Below are positions 42,951 to 52,608 of a DNA stretch of 64,000 bases, one piece after another. A model generated the notes under the pieces. The model was not told the origin of the DNA. It was given only the letters and a program-made list of their open reading frames with translations, and did no database searches. A program made the translations under genes and the position numbers. Source of the stretch: Planctomycetaceae bacterium (GTDB taxonomy: Bacteria; Planctomycetota; Planctomycetia; Planctomycetales; Planctomycetaceae); NCBI GenBank assembly GCA_021732975.1, contig JAKFWC010000024.1:247634-311633 (forward strand). The letters run 5' to 3'. Each line of letters opens with the position of its first letter. Within the stretch, counting starts at the first letter, position 1.

Positions 42951-45707
42951 ATGACATTTTCGTCGGCTCGCAATGGGTTCATCGGTCCCAAACTCCGGCG
43001 GCAACAACGGCCCCTTATCCCGGCGGAAATCCGGTTGCTTGAGGCGCGCACGTTGCTGTCGGGAAGCACACCGACAGTGGACGATGCCACCTTCACCATC
43101 AATGAGAATCTGGCAAGCGGTTCCAGCGTTGGGACGATTGTCGCCAGCGATCCGGATGTCGGCGAAACCCTTTCCTATGCGATCACCGCTGGCAACACCG
43201 ACGGGGCCTTTGCGATCAACCCCAGCACCGGTGAGATCACCGTCGACAACGCGGCAGCGGTTGATTTCGAGACGAATCCATCGTTCGCCTTAACAGTGGA
43301 AGTGACAGACAGCAACACGCCGACACTGTCCGATACCGCCACGATTACGATCAACCTGAACAACGTCAACGACCCACCCCGCGTCGTGCTGGGAAGCCCG
43401 GTGGTGGCAATCGATGAAAACAGCAGTACGTCGATCTCCTTGATTGTCACCAGCGTGACGGTGGCGGATGACGCCTTGGGAAGCGAAACGTTGACCCTCA
43501 GCGGGCCTGACGCCGTGGCCTTCCAGATTGTCGGCTCGACTCTGCGCGTGAGAGCCGGGACGGTACTCGATTACGAAACCAAATCCAGTTATTCCGTGAC
43601 CGTGAATGTGGATGATCCCACAATTCCTGGCGATCCCGATGACAGCCAGACGTTCACGCTCAATTTGAACAATGTCGCGGAACCGCCGGTCATCGTCGGC
43701 GGCCAGCAGTTTCAGATTTCGCCTGCTTCCGCCAATGGCACGGTGGTGGGAACTCTCGACGCTTACGATCCCGATGGCGGCCCGCTGCAATACGCCATCA
43801 TCAATGACACCCTCGGTGGAATGTTCCAGATGAACTCCACGACGGGTGTCATCACCGTTGCGAATAACGCTGCACTGACGACGCGGTACTACACACTGAA
43901 TGTGCGAGTGAAAGACAACAACAATCTGGCGGTCAATGGTTACATCAGCATTCTGGTGAACACGACGCCGATGGTGAGCGGCGGGATGGCGAATCAGCCG
44001 GTCCTCGACACCGGAATCATCTCACCCTTTACGACGATTGTGGTGAACGATCCGGACACACAGCCGATGTCCGTCCGCGTGGAAGTGCCGAATTTTCATC
44101 TCGGCGATTTCACGCCTGCGTCCGTTGTCGGATGGACTCGATCAAATACCTCAAGCAAGGCGTACTACATCCGCAGCTTCAATGCCGCGCCCAATATCGG
44201 GGCGACCGTCCAGGCCGCAGTGCGAAATCTGGTCTTTCAGCCGACACCTGACGAGCTTCAGGACGGTGCCTCGATCACCATGAGCTTTCCTCTGTTCGTG
44301 AACGATGGCCTGGAGGCGACGGTGGTTGATAACAGCGTCAGCGTTCGGATCACGAATGAAAACACTCCGGCGATCATCAACGGAGCCGTGGCGAATCAGG
44401 CGGTGAACGACAATGCCACGATTGCCCCGTTCAGCACACTGTCGGTCACCGATCCCGACAGGCAAGCCATGACGGCGTTGGTGCAGATCAACAATGGCGT
44501 CGTCCGCGGTGATTTCACACTGGCTTCGACAGCGGGTTGGACCCGAACCACGGTCGGGAACGTGATTCGTTATTCACGTTCCTTCAGCGCGACCACCGAG
44601 ATCGGATCCGTCGCCACAGCGGCCATCCAGGCTCTGGTCTTCCAGCCCCGCACGAATGCCATCAAGCCGAACACGACTGAGGCGACCAGCTTCACGGTGA
44701 CCATCTTCGATGGAGGCACTCCGGTATCCGATAGCATCACATCGGTCATCACAACCAGCGTGAACGATGCGCCGGTCTTTGGAGGACTGACTACCAACAT
44801 CGCGGTGAACGACAATGCTACCGTCAACCCGTTCTCGACCTTGACAATGACAGATGTCGACAATCAGGAAATGCTCATCTCGGTGACGATTCGCAACGGC
44901 GTAAACCGTGGCGATTTCACCAATGCCACCAGTTCCGGCTGGACCGTGCGTCAGGTGGTCGGCAACAACATCACTTACAAGCGGTACTTCAACCCCGGAC
45001 CGAATGTCGGCGCAACGGTTGAGGCGGCGTTCCGGGAGTTGATCTTCCAACCACGAACCAACGCCATTAAGCCGGGCACCACGGAAGCGACTGACTTCCA
45101 GGTGACGGCGAGCGATGGCGTCGCCCCGGCCATCGTCGGCACCGGCACGCGCGTCACCACCACCAGTGTGAACGAAGCCCCGGTCATTGCAGGAGCGGTT
45201 CCCAATCAAGCCATCTCTGATGAAGACACGGTCGCGCTGTTCAGCACGCTGACGGTGACCGATCCCGACACGCAGGATCTCTTCAGCCGCATTGCCATCT
45301 CGAACGGGGTGAATCAAGGTGACTTCACGGCCGCATCGGCCGCCGGGTGGACGCGCAAAATCAGCGGGACCAACATCATCTACGAACGATTCTTCCCGGC
45401 CACGGTCAACAACGGGACGGTCGCTCAAGCTGCGATTCAAGCCCTCATTTTCCAGCCGCGGAATGATATCCCGCAGGGCCTCACGGAGACGACGAATTTT
45501 ACCGTCTTCGTGAACGATGGCCTGGCGAATACAACTGACAGTACAACTTCCGTGTTCACCTCGGGGTCAGCCCTGCGACCGGCGAGTCAAACCCCTGCGC
45601 TGTCACCGATGTTTCTGGGCAGTGATGTAACCACAGTGGTGCTGCCAAGTACCAAGAAAGTACGCGGAGTGCCATCCGAGTCCGATCCAAGTCGGCGACC
45701 GTTGTAG
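42951..45707 (+). CDS. Cadherin-domain surface protein with four additional ~134-aa repeats
   Basis: It has an N-terminal LEARTLLSG motif. Three cadherin-like units span aa ~42-337 (DPDVGETLSY, AFAINPSTGEITV, VNDPP). Four homologous repeats span aa ~338-873 (43962..45569). Confidence 0.75.
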   Translation: MTFSSARNGFIGPKLRRQQRPLIPAEIRLLEARTLLSGSTPTVDDATFTINENLASGSSVGTIVASDPDVGETLSYAITAGNTDGAFAINPSTGEITVDNAAAVDFETNPSFALTVEVTDSNTPTLSDTATITINLNNVNDPPRVVLGSPVVAIDENSSTSISLIVTSVTVADDALGSETLTLSGPDAVAFQIVGSTLRVRAGTVLDYETKSSYSVTVNVDDPTIPGDPDDSQTFTLNLNNVAEPPVIVGGQQFQISPASANGTVVGTLDAYDPDGGPLQYAIINDTLGGMFQMNSTTGVITVANNAALTTRYYTLNVRVKDNNNLAVNGYISILVNTTPMVSGGMANQPVLDTGIISPFTTIVVNDPDTQPMSVRVEVPNFHLGDFTPASVVGWTRSNTSSKAYYIRSFNAAPNIGATVQAAVRNLVFQPTPDELQDGASITMSFPLFVNDGLEATVVDNSVSVRITNENTPAIINGAVANQAVNDNATIAPFSTLSVTDPDRQAMTALVQINNGVVRGDFTLASTAGWTRTTVGNVIRYSRSFSATTEIGSVATAAIQALVFQPRTNAIKPNTTEATSFTVTIFDGGTPVSDSITSVITTSVNDAPVFGGLTTNIAVNDNATVNPFSTLTMTDVDNQEMLISVTIRNGVNRGDFTNATSSGWTVRQVVGNNITYKRYFNPGPNVGATVEAAFRELIFQPRTNAIKPGTTEATDFQVTASDGVAPAIVGTGTRVTTTSVNEAPVIAGAVPNQAISDEDTVALFSTLTVTDPDTQDLFSRIAISNGVNQGDFTAASAAGWTRKISGTNIIYERFFPATVNNGTVAQAAIQALIFQPRNDIPQGLTETTNFTVFVNDGLANTTDSTTSVFTSGSALRPASQTPALSPMFLGSDVTTVVLPSTKKVRGVPSESDPSRRPL

Positions 45708-45722
45708 GTCAGTGGCGACGAA

Positions 45723-46112
45723 TCAACCGCCGAGCCATCGGGCGAACCATTCACCCAACAGCACCGCAGTGACGCCGCCAGTGAAGTTGGCGATGGCGTG
45801 CAGTCCGCCCCATAACAGCGCGGGTGATTGGCGCGACATCCCGACCGTTTCCAGTGACAACGCGGAAAACGTGGTTAATCCTCCGAGGACGCCGGTGACG
45901 AGAAACAACCGGGCGTTCAGTGACATCCAACGATGCTCGTATCCGGCTCCGGCGAGATAACCGATCGCCAGGCAGCCGACGACGTTGACGATTAGCGTCC
46001 CCAACCCGACATACCCGGGACACCACACCATCGCCTCGCGCGACACAACATACCGTGCCGTCGCTCCGAGCGCACCGCCGAGTCCGACTATCAATAACGT
46101 CCAGAGATTCAT
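45723..46112 (-). CDS. crcB: Fluoride ion channel CrcB/FluC
   Basis: 129 aa with four TM helices and the motif GGALGATARY. Confidence 0.9.
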   Translation of the reverse strand: MNLWTLLIVGLGGALGATARYVVSREAMVWCPGYVGLGTLIVNVVGCLAIGYLAGAGYEHRWMSLNARLFLVTGVLGGLTTFSALSLETVGMSRQSPALLWGGLHAIANFTGGVTAVLLGEWFARWLGG

Positions 46113-46140
46113 GAGAGAGGAATCCGGATGAAGAGGTTTT

Positions 46141-46259
46141 CCACAGAAGGCACAGGAAACACAGAAGGAAGACGGAAGGCGAAACAGAGAATTGGGCAGA
46201 AAAGGACATCCTCTTCCTTTCTCTTCATTCCTTTCTGTGTCCCTCTGTGATTTCTGTGG
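46141..46259. repeat. Imperfect long inverted repeat of CACAGAA/TTCTGTG units in the crcB leader (family F)
   Basis: The left arm CCACAGAAGGCACAGGAAACACAGAAGGAA (46141-46170) pairs with the reverse complement of 46228-46259 (CCACAGAAATCACAGAGGGACACAGAAAGGAA). Confidence 0.7.
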
Positions 46260-46271
46260 ACCATTTCTCTC

Positions 46272-46760
46272 TCACCGCGGCACGGGAATGAACTCCAACA
46301 CATCGGCGGACAAATCCAATATCGCGACGGTGAATTGCCGCGCGCGGTGCAAAGCGCCGGGGTTAATGAACCGGGTCGAACCTTCGCGGTAGTCTTCCAC
46401 GACATGCGTGTGGCCGCTGAGCAGATAGTTCGGCTGCGTCGCCAGTAGCCGGCGGATTTCCACTCCGAGATGCCCGTGTGTGACGGCGATGGTTTTCCCC
46501 GCGAGTTCAATGACGCCGCCGAGTTCGAGCCCGTTCGCACCGGTCTCCTTTGCGATCGATCGTAACACAGAAACCGTGCGGTAATCGTTGTTGCCGAAGA
46601 CAAAATGACACGGAAGGACCGCACATGCGGCAATGATTTCTGGTTCCGTGATGTCGCCACAATGGATCAGCTCTTCTGCCCCTGCCGACTGCAACAGCGC
46701 GACCGCTCGCTCACAACGGGCGAGTTGATCGTGCGTGTCGGAGAGGATGCCGAGTTTCAT
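46272..46760 (-). CDS. YfcE/MJ0936-family metallophosphoesterase
   Basis: Motifs ILSDTHD, HCGDI, FGNNDY and SGHTHV. The ATG overlaps the upstream stop (ATGA). Confidence 0.85.
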   Translation of the reverse strand: MKLGILSDTHDQLARCERAVALLQSAGAEELIHCGDITEPEIIAACAVLPCHFVFGNNDYRTVSVLRSIAKETGANGLELGGVIELAGKTIAVTHGHLGVEIRRLLATQPNYLLSGHTHVVEDYREGSTRFINPGALHRARQFTVAILDLSADVLEFIPVPR

Positions 46761-47644
46761 GTCCGCAGCACCAGCCCACGGTCGGTGATTTCGTAAGGGA
46801 CGATCACGTCTTCACAGGCGCTGCCGCGGTGTTTAGCGACGTGCAGGGCGCGGCGCATTTTCAGGCCGTCACGGATCTTTCCCATCAGAATGATCGTATT
46901 CGCGTTCGAGAGTTCGTCGCCGCTTTCCAACGGGCGGCCGAGTAAATCGTCGAGCATCACTTCGTGGGACGTATAACTCAGCAGGCATGTCAACTGCCGG
47001 TGATCATACGCATGCTGCATGACCGCCGGCTCATTCTCCCGGTAATGAACACGGAACAAATCGCGCGCGACCCAGTCGTGATCTTTGTGCAGAATCTGGT
47101 GGTAGATGTAATCGAAAACATGAAACTGGAACGACTCGCTGACTTTGTCTGCGGGTTCCACACCATCGATGACGCATCGCCGCACGCCGTGGACGAAGTT
47201 CGCGTAGAAGTAGGCGATAGCCTGTTCGAGCTTATGGTTGAGTTCGACCTTCCATTCCTGCCATTGATCGTGGTCGATGTCGTGCACCGTCACGCGGCGA
47301 CCGGAGCGTTCAAAGATGTGGAAGTAATCGTACCGCGACGCTGCGGCATCCCACAGTTCCGCGGGCTGCCACGGAAGATCGACTGCGCGTTCGCGCAGCG
47401 ACCAGTCACACATCCGGTGGGCATATTCACCGTGGTTCTGTGCATCACCACGGGTGGTCATGTCGAACAGACAGCCGCGTTGGCCTTCCTGTTGTCGGCC
47501 AGCGTCCGCGAACTGCAACCCGAGTTGCGTTTTGCCGATCCCCGTCGCCCCCATCACCACAGTGAGCGTACCGGGGACAAGACCACCGCCGAGGAGGTCA
47601 TCGAGCGCATGAATACCAGTCGAAACGCGAGGTGGGTGGGACAT
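46757..47644 (-). CDS. Single-domain KaiC/RecA-superfamily ATPase
   Basis: [35 protein letters not shown] (Walker A), RRCVIDGV (Walker B-like) and a KaiC-type C-terminus ([27 protein letters not shown]). The start is the ATG at 47644. Confidence 0.75.
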   Translation of the reverse strand: MSHPPRVSTGIHALDDLLGGGLVPGTLTVVMGATGIGKTQLGLQFADAGRQQEGQRGCLFDMTTRGDAQNHGEYAHRMCDWSLRERAVDLPWQPAELWDAAASRYDYFHIFERSGRRVTVHDIDHDQWQEWKVELNHKLEQAIAYFYANFVHGVRRCVIDGVEPADKVSESFQFHVFDYIYHQILHKDHDWVARDLFRVHYRENEPAVMQHAYDHRQLTCLLSYTSHEVMLDDLLGRPLESGDELSNANTIILMGKIRDGLKMRRALHVAKHRGSACEDVIVPYEITDRGLVLRT

Positions 47645-47780
47645 AGTGCCTTGTTCTCTGCTGTGCGCGGGTCTCCCGACCCCGCACTTCATGTGGACCG
47701 AAGGTCTCCACTGTGGCGACGACGCGCGCGAGTTGCAAATGCGGAGACCTGCCATAGCACAATGACACCCCCTTCGGCCA

Positions 47781-47808
47781 CCTTCTCCCCCGCAGACGGG
47801 GGAGAAGG
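47781..47808. repeat. Perfect 12-bp-stem hairpin CCTTCTCCCCCG-CAGA-CGGGGGAGAAGG
   Basis: Read directly. It lies 36 nt downstream of the exonuclease stop, so it may act as a terminator or repeat. Confidence 0.7.
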
Positions 47809-47844
47809 GACCACGTCCATACGGATTGCCTGGAATTCAGACCA

Positions 47845-48669
47845 TCACTCTGTCGGCGGTTGCCAATCGCCCCAGTGGGATAGGTATTCGGCGTAAGCGG
47901 GAATCGTTGCGGACTGCTGTTCCAGCCACGCCTTCGTCTCGGTGACGATTTGATGTTCCGCTTCGACGGTCAACTTGCCGAGCATCACCCGCGACCGCAG
48001 GAAAACGAAGTACGTATCGAGGACATCGCAGCGGCAGTAATCGTTGATCTTCTGCTTTTCCCCAGCGTCCCACAAATCCTGCACTTGCGAACCATCAATC
48101 CCCGATTTGCCGGGCTTGCCGATGAGGTTGGCGAGCAGATTCAACCCCCCGGTGAGCTTCCCCGCGCCGAAGTTCGACAGTAAATCGTACAGGTCGAGAT
48201 GGGCGTCGGCATTGTATCGATTGCGGGCCTGTTCAAAGCTGCGGGCTTCGACGTTGAACCACGCGGGGACAGCATAACCGTAGCGAAACGCCGCCAGCTC
48301 CAGCACTGGCAGGTCGTAACCGCGGCCGTTGAAGCTGACGAGCGTCGGCCGTCCGTAATGATTCCAGCCGGTCCAGAAGAGCCGTGTGATGACATGTGGC
48401 CGGTACTGCGGGGCATCGAGCGTCACCAGATCGAGCAGCCGATAACTCGCGTCGACCTTCGCTACCGCCACCGACGCCGGCAACACAAACGTCGTCGGCA
48501 GGACATCACGACCGACATCGTCCATGAGTTCTTTGCGATACCGCGCCGTTGCTTCCGAAGCCGTGAGACCATCGGCGGGATAGCGCACCTTGGCAATCAA
48601 GTCCCCATCGGCGACCGATTCGATATCAAAGATGAGGTAAGCCACTCCACCGCGGCGATCATCGGACAT
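47845..48669 (-). CDS. Predicted 3'-5' exonuclease related to the PolB exonuclease domain (DNA_pol_B_exo2-like)
   Basis: Exo motifs are [16 protein letters not shown] and [10 protein letters not shown]. The family assignment is from memory of COG3298/PF10108. Confidence 0.7.
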   Translation of the reverse strand: MSDDRRGGVAYLIFDIESVADGDLIAKVRYPADGLTASEATARYRKELMDDVGRDVLPTTFVLPASVAVAKVDASYRLLDLVTLDAPQYRPHVITRLFWTGWNHYGRPTLVSFNGRGYDLPVLELAAFRYGYAVPAWFNVEARSFEQARNRYNADAHLDLYDLLSNFGAGKLTGGLNLLANLIGKPGKSGIDGSQVQDLWDAGEKQKINDYCRCDVLDTYFVFLRSRVMLGKLTVEAEHQIVTETKAWLEQQSATIPAYAEYLSHWGDWQPPTE

Positions 48670-48728
48670 GGGGGATTCCGGGAGGCTAAGGGTCGAGGGC
48701 TAAGAGCTCAGGGACAGAGAATCATACG

Positions 48729-48781
48729 AACTCGTTCCCATGCTCCGCGTGGGAACGCACGGCCGAGACGCTCCGCGTCTC
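48729..48781. repeat. Half-copy of the family A element (two hairpins)
   Basis: AACTCGTTCCCATGCTCCGCGTGGGAACG followed by GAGACGC-TCC-GCGTCTC. Confidence 0.75.
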
Positions 48782-48884
48782 TCTGATTCTGGAGAAGACG
48801 AGGAGGGATGTCTTTCCTTCCGCAAAGCAGCAAGCGGCTTCATTTTGCACTTTTTATTGATCACTTTGCAGTGCATTTTGCACA

Positions 48885-49946
48885 TCAGTGCGCATGATCG
48901 TGGTCGTGATCATGCGCGTGTTCGTCTTCTGAATGGGTCGCCGGGGCATGCGTGTGTTCCGGTTCGAGGAAGCCAATCGCCCACGCGGCAATTAATCCAG
49001 CCACCAGCGCGAGAGAGAGACGCACGCGATCATGGGAATGGAACTGCACTTCCGGCAACAAATCGCTCAGTGCGATGCACACGAATACACCCGCGGAAAA
49101 GGCGAGGGCCGTACCGACGAAGAGGTTTTGCTGGGCCGACATCGATCGCAACCCGAGATGAAACAGCACAATCCCCAACGGAACGAGCATCGCATACGCA
49201 AAATTCACGGCATGACGCGCGGCCTTCGACCACCCCGCGGCGGACATCAGCGACGTAATCGACAACGAATCCAGCGGCTTGTGCAATGCAATGCCGAGGA
49301 AGGTGCCGATGCCCGGCAGCAACAGCCCCGCGATATGCCGCGTGTCGGCTTCGACATGGGCCGCCAGCGCGAGGCCGTCGGTAATCGTGTGCAACGAGAG
49401 GCCGAACGTCACGCCCATCCAACTGGTGGCCTGCGGGCGCGGATGATGTTCCGCGGCGGCATGATCGTGGTCGTGATCATGCCGGTGATCGTGATCGTGG
49501 GAATGGTCATGATCGTGTCCGGGGGCGTCGTCGTCGAAGCTGTCGTGATTATGAAAATGGAACATTCGTAGCATGAAGAACATGGAGACCAGCCCGATGA
49601 GCATCCAACCCATACTCCAATCGAGGGCGTGCGCCATCCCCGCCTGATTGAGAATCACAACGGCATGCGGGAGTTGATGCAGCATACCAACACCCAGCAT
49701 CAGGCCGCCGATGAGGCTCATCATCAATTGCAACCGCGTGTGCGTGAGTCGCATCAACCCGGGCAACAGGCCACCCACCATCGACGCCACGATGACCAGC
49801 ACGCAGTAGATTGTCAGTTGCACCCAAGCGGTGTTTGCTACGGGTTCTGCGGCGTGTGCGTCACCCGCGGCCCCACACAACACGGCGAAACCCGCCGCCG
49901 TCAGCAGGCCGACACACCACATCGTCGGTCGTTGCAAATTCCGCAT
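48885..49946 (-). CDS. ZIP-family divalent metal transporter with His/Asp-rich loop and tail
   Basis: Multi-TM protein with a central loop HNHDSFDDDAPGHDHDHSHDHDHRHDHDHDHAAAEHH and the tail EDEHAHDHDHDHAH. The topology is ZupT-like. Confidence 0.8.
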   Translation of the reverse strand: MRNLQRPTMWCVGLLTAAGFAVLCGAAGDAHAAEPVANTAWVQLTIYCVLVIVASMVGGLLPGLMRLTHTRLQLMMSLIGGLMLGVGMLHQLPHAVVILNQAGMAHALDWSMGWMLIGLVSMFFMLRMFHFHNHDSFDDDAPGHDHDHSHDHDHRHDHDHDHAAAEHHPRPQATSWMGVTFGLSLHTITDGLALAAHVEADTRHIAGLLLPGIGTFLGIALHKPLDSLSITSLMSAAGWSKAARHAVNFAYAMLVPLGIVLFHLGLRSMSAQQNLFVGTALAFSAGVFVCIALSDLLPEVQFHSHDRVRLSLALVAGLIAAWAIGFLEPEHTHAPATHSEDEHAHDHDHDHAH

Positions 49947-50319
49947 CGCAGGCGTTCCTCACCCAGATTCACGCCGAAACCCGGCAACATCGTGGAAAAC
50001 TCCAGTTTATCGCCGCCGCGCGTGAAGAGCGACCGTTCCGCATCGTAATGGCGGATGCACTTGAATTGCGGGAGCGACTCGTCTGAGGGGATGGGTGAAT
50101 CGCTCTTGAACGCACCGTGGCCCGCGTCTGGGGACGCCCGCCACGGTTTTTGACGGATGGCTTCGATAACCTCTTGTCCTTTCGCGGGTTATGGACTTGA
50201 GAAACGTCTCGACAGTGCGATATAGTCGCCCTGTCCGGGGCTGAGGCGCTCATTCAGTCCGCCGATGATCGTGTTATTCCGAACCGGCCAATCCCCGAAA
50301 ACGTCGCGAGAACCGCTCT

Positions 50320-51495
50320 ATGCACCATCCGCCGCCTGCGTTTTTCTCTCGGTCCGCCCACATGGTTTGGTTGGGAGTGTTCCTCGCGATTTGCAGCAGC
50401 GGTTGCAACGGGACCAAGGCCGATCCGACGGAAATCGTCATCGGTCACTATGGCTCCATGACGGGATCAGAAGCGACTTTCGGTGAATCGACCGACAATG
50501 GGATCAAACTCGCCGTTGAGGAAATCAACGCCATCGGGGGTATCAACGGCAAGAAGATTCGCCTGATCACATACGACGACAAGGGGGACGCGCGGGAAGC
50601 CGGGACGGCCGTCACACGCTTGGTCACGAAAGACCGTGTCGTGGCCGTGATCGGAGAGGTGGCTTCGGGTCTGTCGCTCGCCGGGGCCCCGGTTTGCCAG
50701 GAAAATGGCGTGCCGATGATTTCTCCGTCGTCCACGAATCCTAAAGTAACCAAAGTCGGCGACTTGATTTTTCGCGTCTGTTTCATCGACCCGTTCCAAG
50801 GGTCGGTGTGTGCGAAGTTCGCTCGCGAATCGGAGAAGCTCAAAGCGTCCAAAGCCGCCATTCTGACGGATCAGGCATCGCCGTATTCGGTGGGACTTCA
50901 GGAAGAATTTGAAAAGGCGTTTGCCGCGCTCGGCGGCACCGTGGTCTCGAAGCAAACTTATCAGGCAGGAGATCAGGATTTCTCCGCCCAGTTGACGGCG
51001 ATCCGCGGCGCCGAACCCGATGTAATCTTCGTCCCCGGCTATTACACCGACGTGGGTAATATCGCGCTGCAAGCCAAGAAGCTCGGCATCAATACCGCGT
51101 TATTAGGTGGCGATGGCTGGGATTCATCCAAACTCGGCGAGATCGGTGGGAAAGCTCTCGACGGATGTTTCTACTCGAACCATTACTCACATCAGGATCC
51201 CAGCGATCGCGTTCAGGACTTCATTAAGAAGTATAACGCTAAACATAAACAGACGCCGGATGGTCTTGCGGCCCTCGGTTATGATGCCGCCCGCATTTTG
51301 TTCCAGTCGATGCAAAGTGCGAAGTCGCTGGGCGGTGCCGACCTCGCCGCGGAATTGGCTAAGACGAAAAATTTCGACGGCGTCACCGGCCGCATTTCCA
51401 TCGACGCCGACCGCAATGCCGTGAAGCCCGCGGTCATTCTGGAAATGAAAGACGGCGAACCACACTTCGTCACGACCATTCAACCCGGGGAGTGA
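50320..51495 (+). CDS. ABC transporter substrate-binding lipoprotein, branched-chain amino acid (LivJ/K, Peripla_BP_6) type
   Basis: Lipobox-like AICSSGC. The pattern IVIGHYGSMTGSEATFG...GGINGKKI...YDDKGD is typical of the family. An alternative start is at 50362. Confidence 0.85.
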   Translation: MHHPPPAFFSRSAHMVWLGVFLAICSSGCNGTKADPTEIVIGHYGSMTGSEATFGESTDNGIKLAVEEINAIGGINGKKIRLITYDDKGDAREAGTAVTRLVTKDRVVAVIGEVASGLSLAGAPVCQENGVPMISPSSTNPKVTKVGDLIFRVCFIDPFQGSVCAKFARESEKLKASKAAILTDQASPYSVGLQEEFEKAFAALGGTVVSKQTYQAGDQDFSAQLTAIRGAEPDVIFVPGYYTDVGNIALQAKKLGINTALLGGDGWDSSKLGEIGGKALDGCFYSNHYSHQDPSDRVQDFIKKYNAKHKQTPDGLAALGYDAARILFQSMQSAKSLGGADLAAELAKTKNFDGVTGRISIDADRNAVKPAVILEMKDGEPHFVTTIQPGE

Positions 51496-51504
51496 GGGAG
51501 AACC

Positions 51505-51645
51505 CGAATGTCGAAATCCGAAATCCGAAGGAAACATCAAATCCGGAATCCGAAACGCCTTTGATGATCACTTTCAACCTCGGCCTCCTGATGATTTCCT
51601 CATTCGAGATTCTTTCGAATTTCGCGCTTCGAGTTTCGGATTTTC
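51505..51645. repeat. TCCGAAATCCGAA / TTCGGATTTCGGA repeat-rich spacer (family E) between the binding-protein gene and livH
   Basis: CGAAATCCGAAATCCGAAG (51512-51530) and ATCCGGAATCCGAAACG are reverse-complementary to TTCGAGTTTCGGATTTT (51629-51645). The spacer contains the 22-nt block shared with 1500-1521. Confidence 0.75.
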
Positions 51646-51648
51646 TCC

Positions 51649-52608
51649 GTGGCTGACTTCACACAAACCCTGATGACCGCCGCGGCGATTGGGAGCTTAT
51701 ACGCTCTCATTGCCCTCGGTTACACTATGGTTTATGGAATTCTAAAGTTCATTAACTTTGCTCACAGCGACATTGTCGTCTTGGGAGCGTGGTCCAGCTA
51801 CACCGTGGCCGACCAAGTTTTGCCGCGTCTGGGATATGATTCGCGCACTATTCCGCCGCTGTGGATTGGTGCAGTTATCCTGCCATTGATCATGCTGTTT
51901 TGCGGATTCGTCGGTTATGTTATTGAACGGCTGGCGTACAGGCCTTTGCGTCGGGCTCCACGGCTGAATGTCCTTATCACGGCCATCGGCGTGTCGCTCT
52001 TTCTACAGAATCTCGGCCAACTCGATTTCATGTTTGGAGCCAGTCCTGAAAAAATGCCGGCGTTGCTGCCGAGCTGGGAACTCGCCTCGTTCTCCTTCGG
52101 CACCGGTGAAGCCACTCGCAAAGTGGTGATCAGCCTTGTCGACACGATGATCTTTGCCACTTCGGGAACGCTGATGCTGGTGCTTGAGTATCTCGTCTTC
52201 CGAACCAAGCTCGGCACGGCGATGCGAGCCGTCTCCTACAATACCGACACCGCGGCGCTGATGGGGATTCCGGTGGATCGCGTGATCTCCTTCACGTTCG
52301 TGCTCGGTTCGTCACTCGCCGCCGCGGCGGGATTTCTGTACGTGATGAAGTATCCGGGCATCAATCAGCCGGCGCACACCGTCTGGGTGCTGCTGGGATT
52401 GAAGGCGTTCGTCGCGGCGGTGATTGGCGGCATCGGGAATGTTCGAGGAGCCGTGTTAGGCGGGTTCGTCATCGCCTTCGTTGAGCAGTTCGGTGCGTTT
52501 TACATCAGTTCAAATTATCGCGATGTGTATGTCTTTGCCTTGCTGATCGGCATTCTGCTGGTCAAGCCGACCGGACTATTGGGTTCGCCATTGCGGGAGA
52601 AGGTGTGA
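51649..52608 (+). CDS. livH: Branched-chain amino acid ABC transporter permease
   Basis: LivH-type N-terminus (AAAIGSLYALIALGYTMVYG) and a polytopic structure. The start is GTG. Confidence 0.88.
   Translation: MADFTQTLMTAAAIGSLYALIALGYTMVYGILKFINFAHSDIVVLGAWSSYTVADQVLPRLGYDSRTIPPLWIGAVILPLIMLFCGFVGYVIERLAYRPLRRAPRLNVLITAIGVSLFLQNLGQLDFMFGASPEKMPALLPSWELASFSFGTGEATRKVVISLVDTMIFATSGTLMLVLEYLVFRTKLGTAMRAVSYNTDTAALMGIPVDRVISFTFVLGSSLAAAAGFLYVMKYPGINQPAHTVWVLLGLKAFVAAVIGGIGNVRGAVLGGFVIAFVEQFGAFYISSNYRDVYVFALLIGILLVKPTGLLGSPLREKV

Noticed and set aside
46113-46271. A fluoride riboswitch upstream of crcB.
   Set aside because: I could not find the conserved crcB-motif nucleotides by eye. This is reported as an absence and needs a covariance-model search to confirm.
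48836-48884. An AT-rich patch with the direct repeat CATTTTGCAC (48841-48850 and 48874-48883) and the TGCACT/AGTGCA inverted repeat, considered as a Zur/Fur-type box for the ZIP transporter.
   Set aside because: It lies 3' of the ZIP gene rather than in its promoter, and it does not match known Fur or Zur consensus sequences. At best it is a promoter-distal element of the exonuclease gene.
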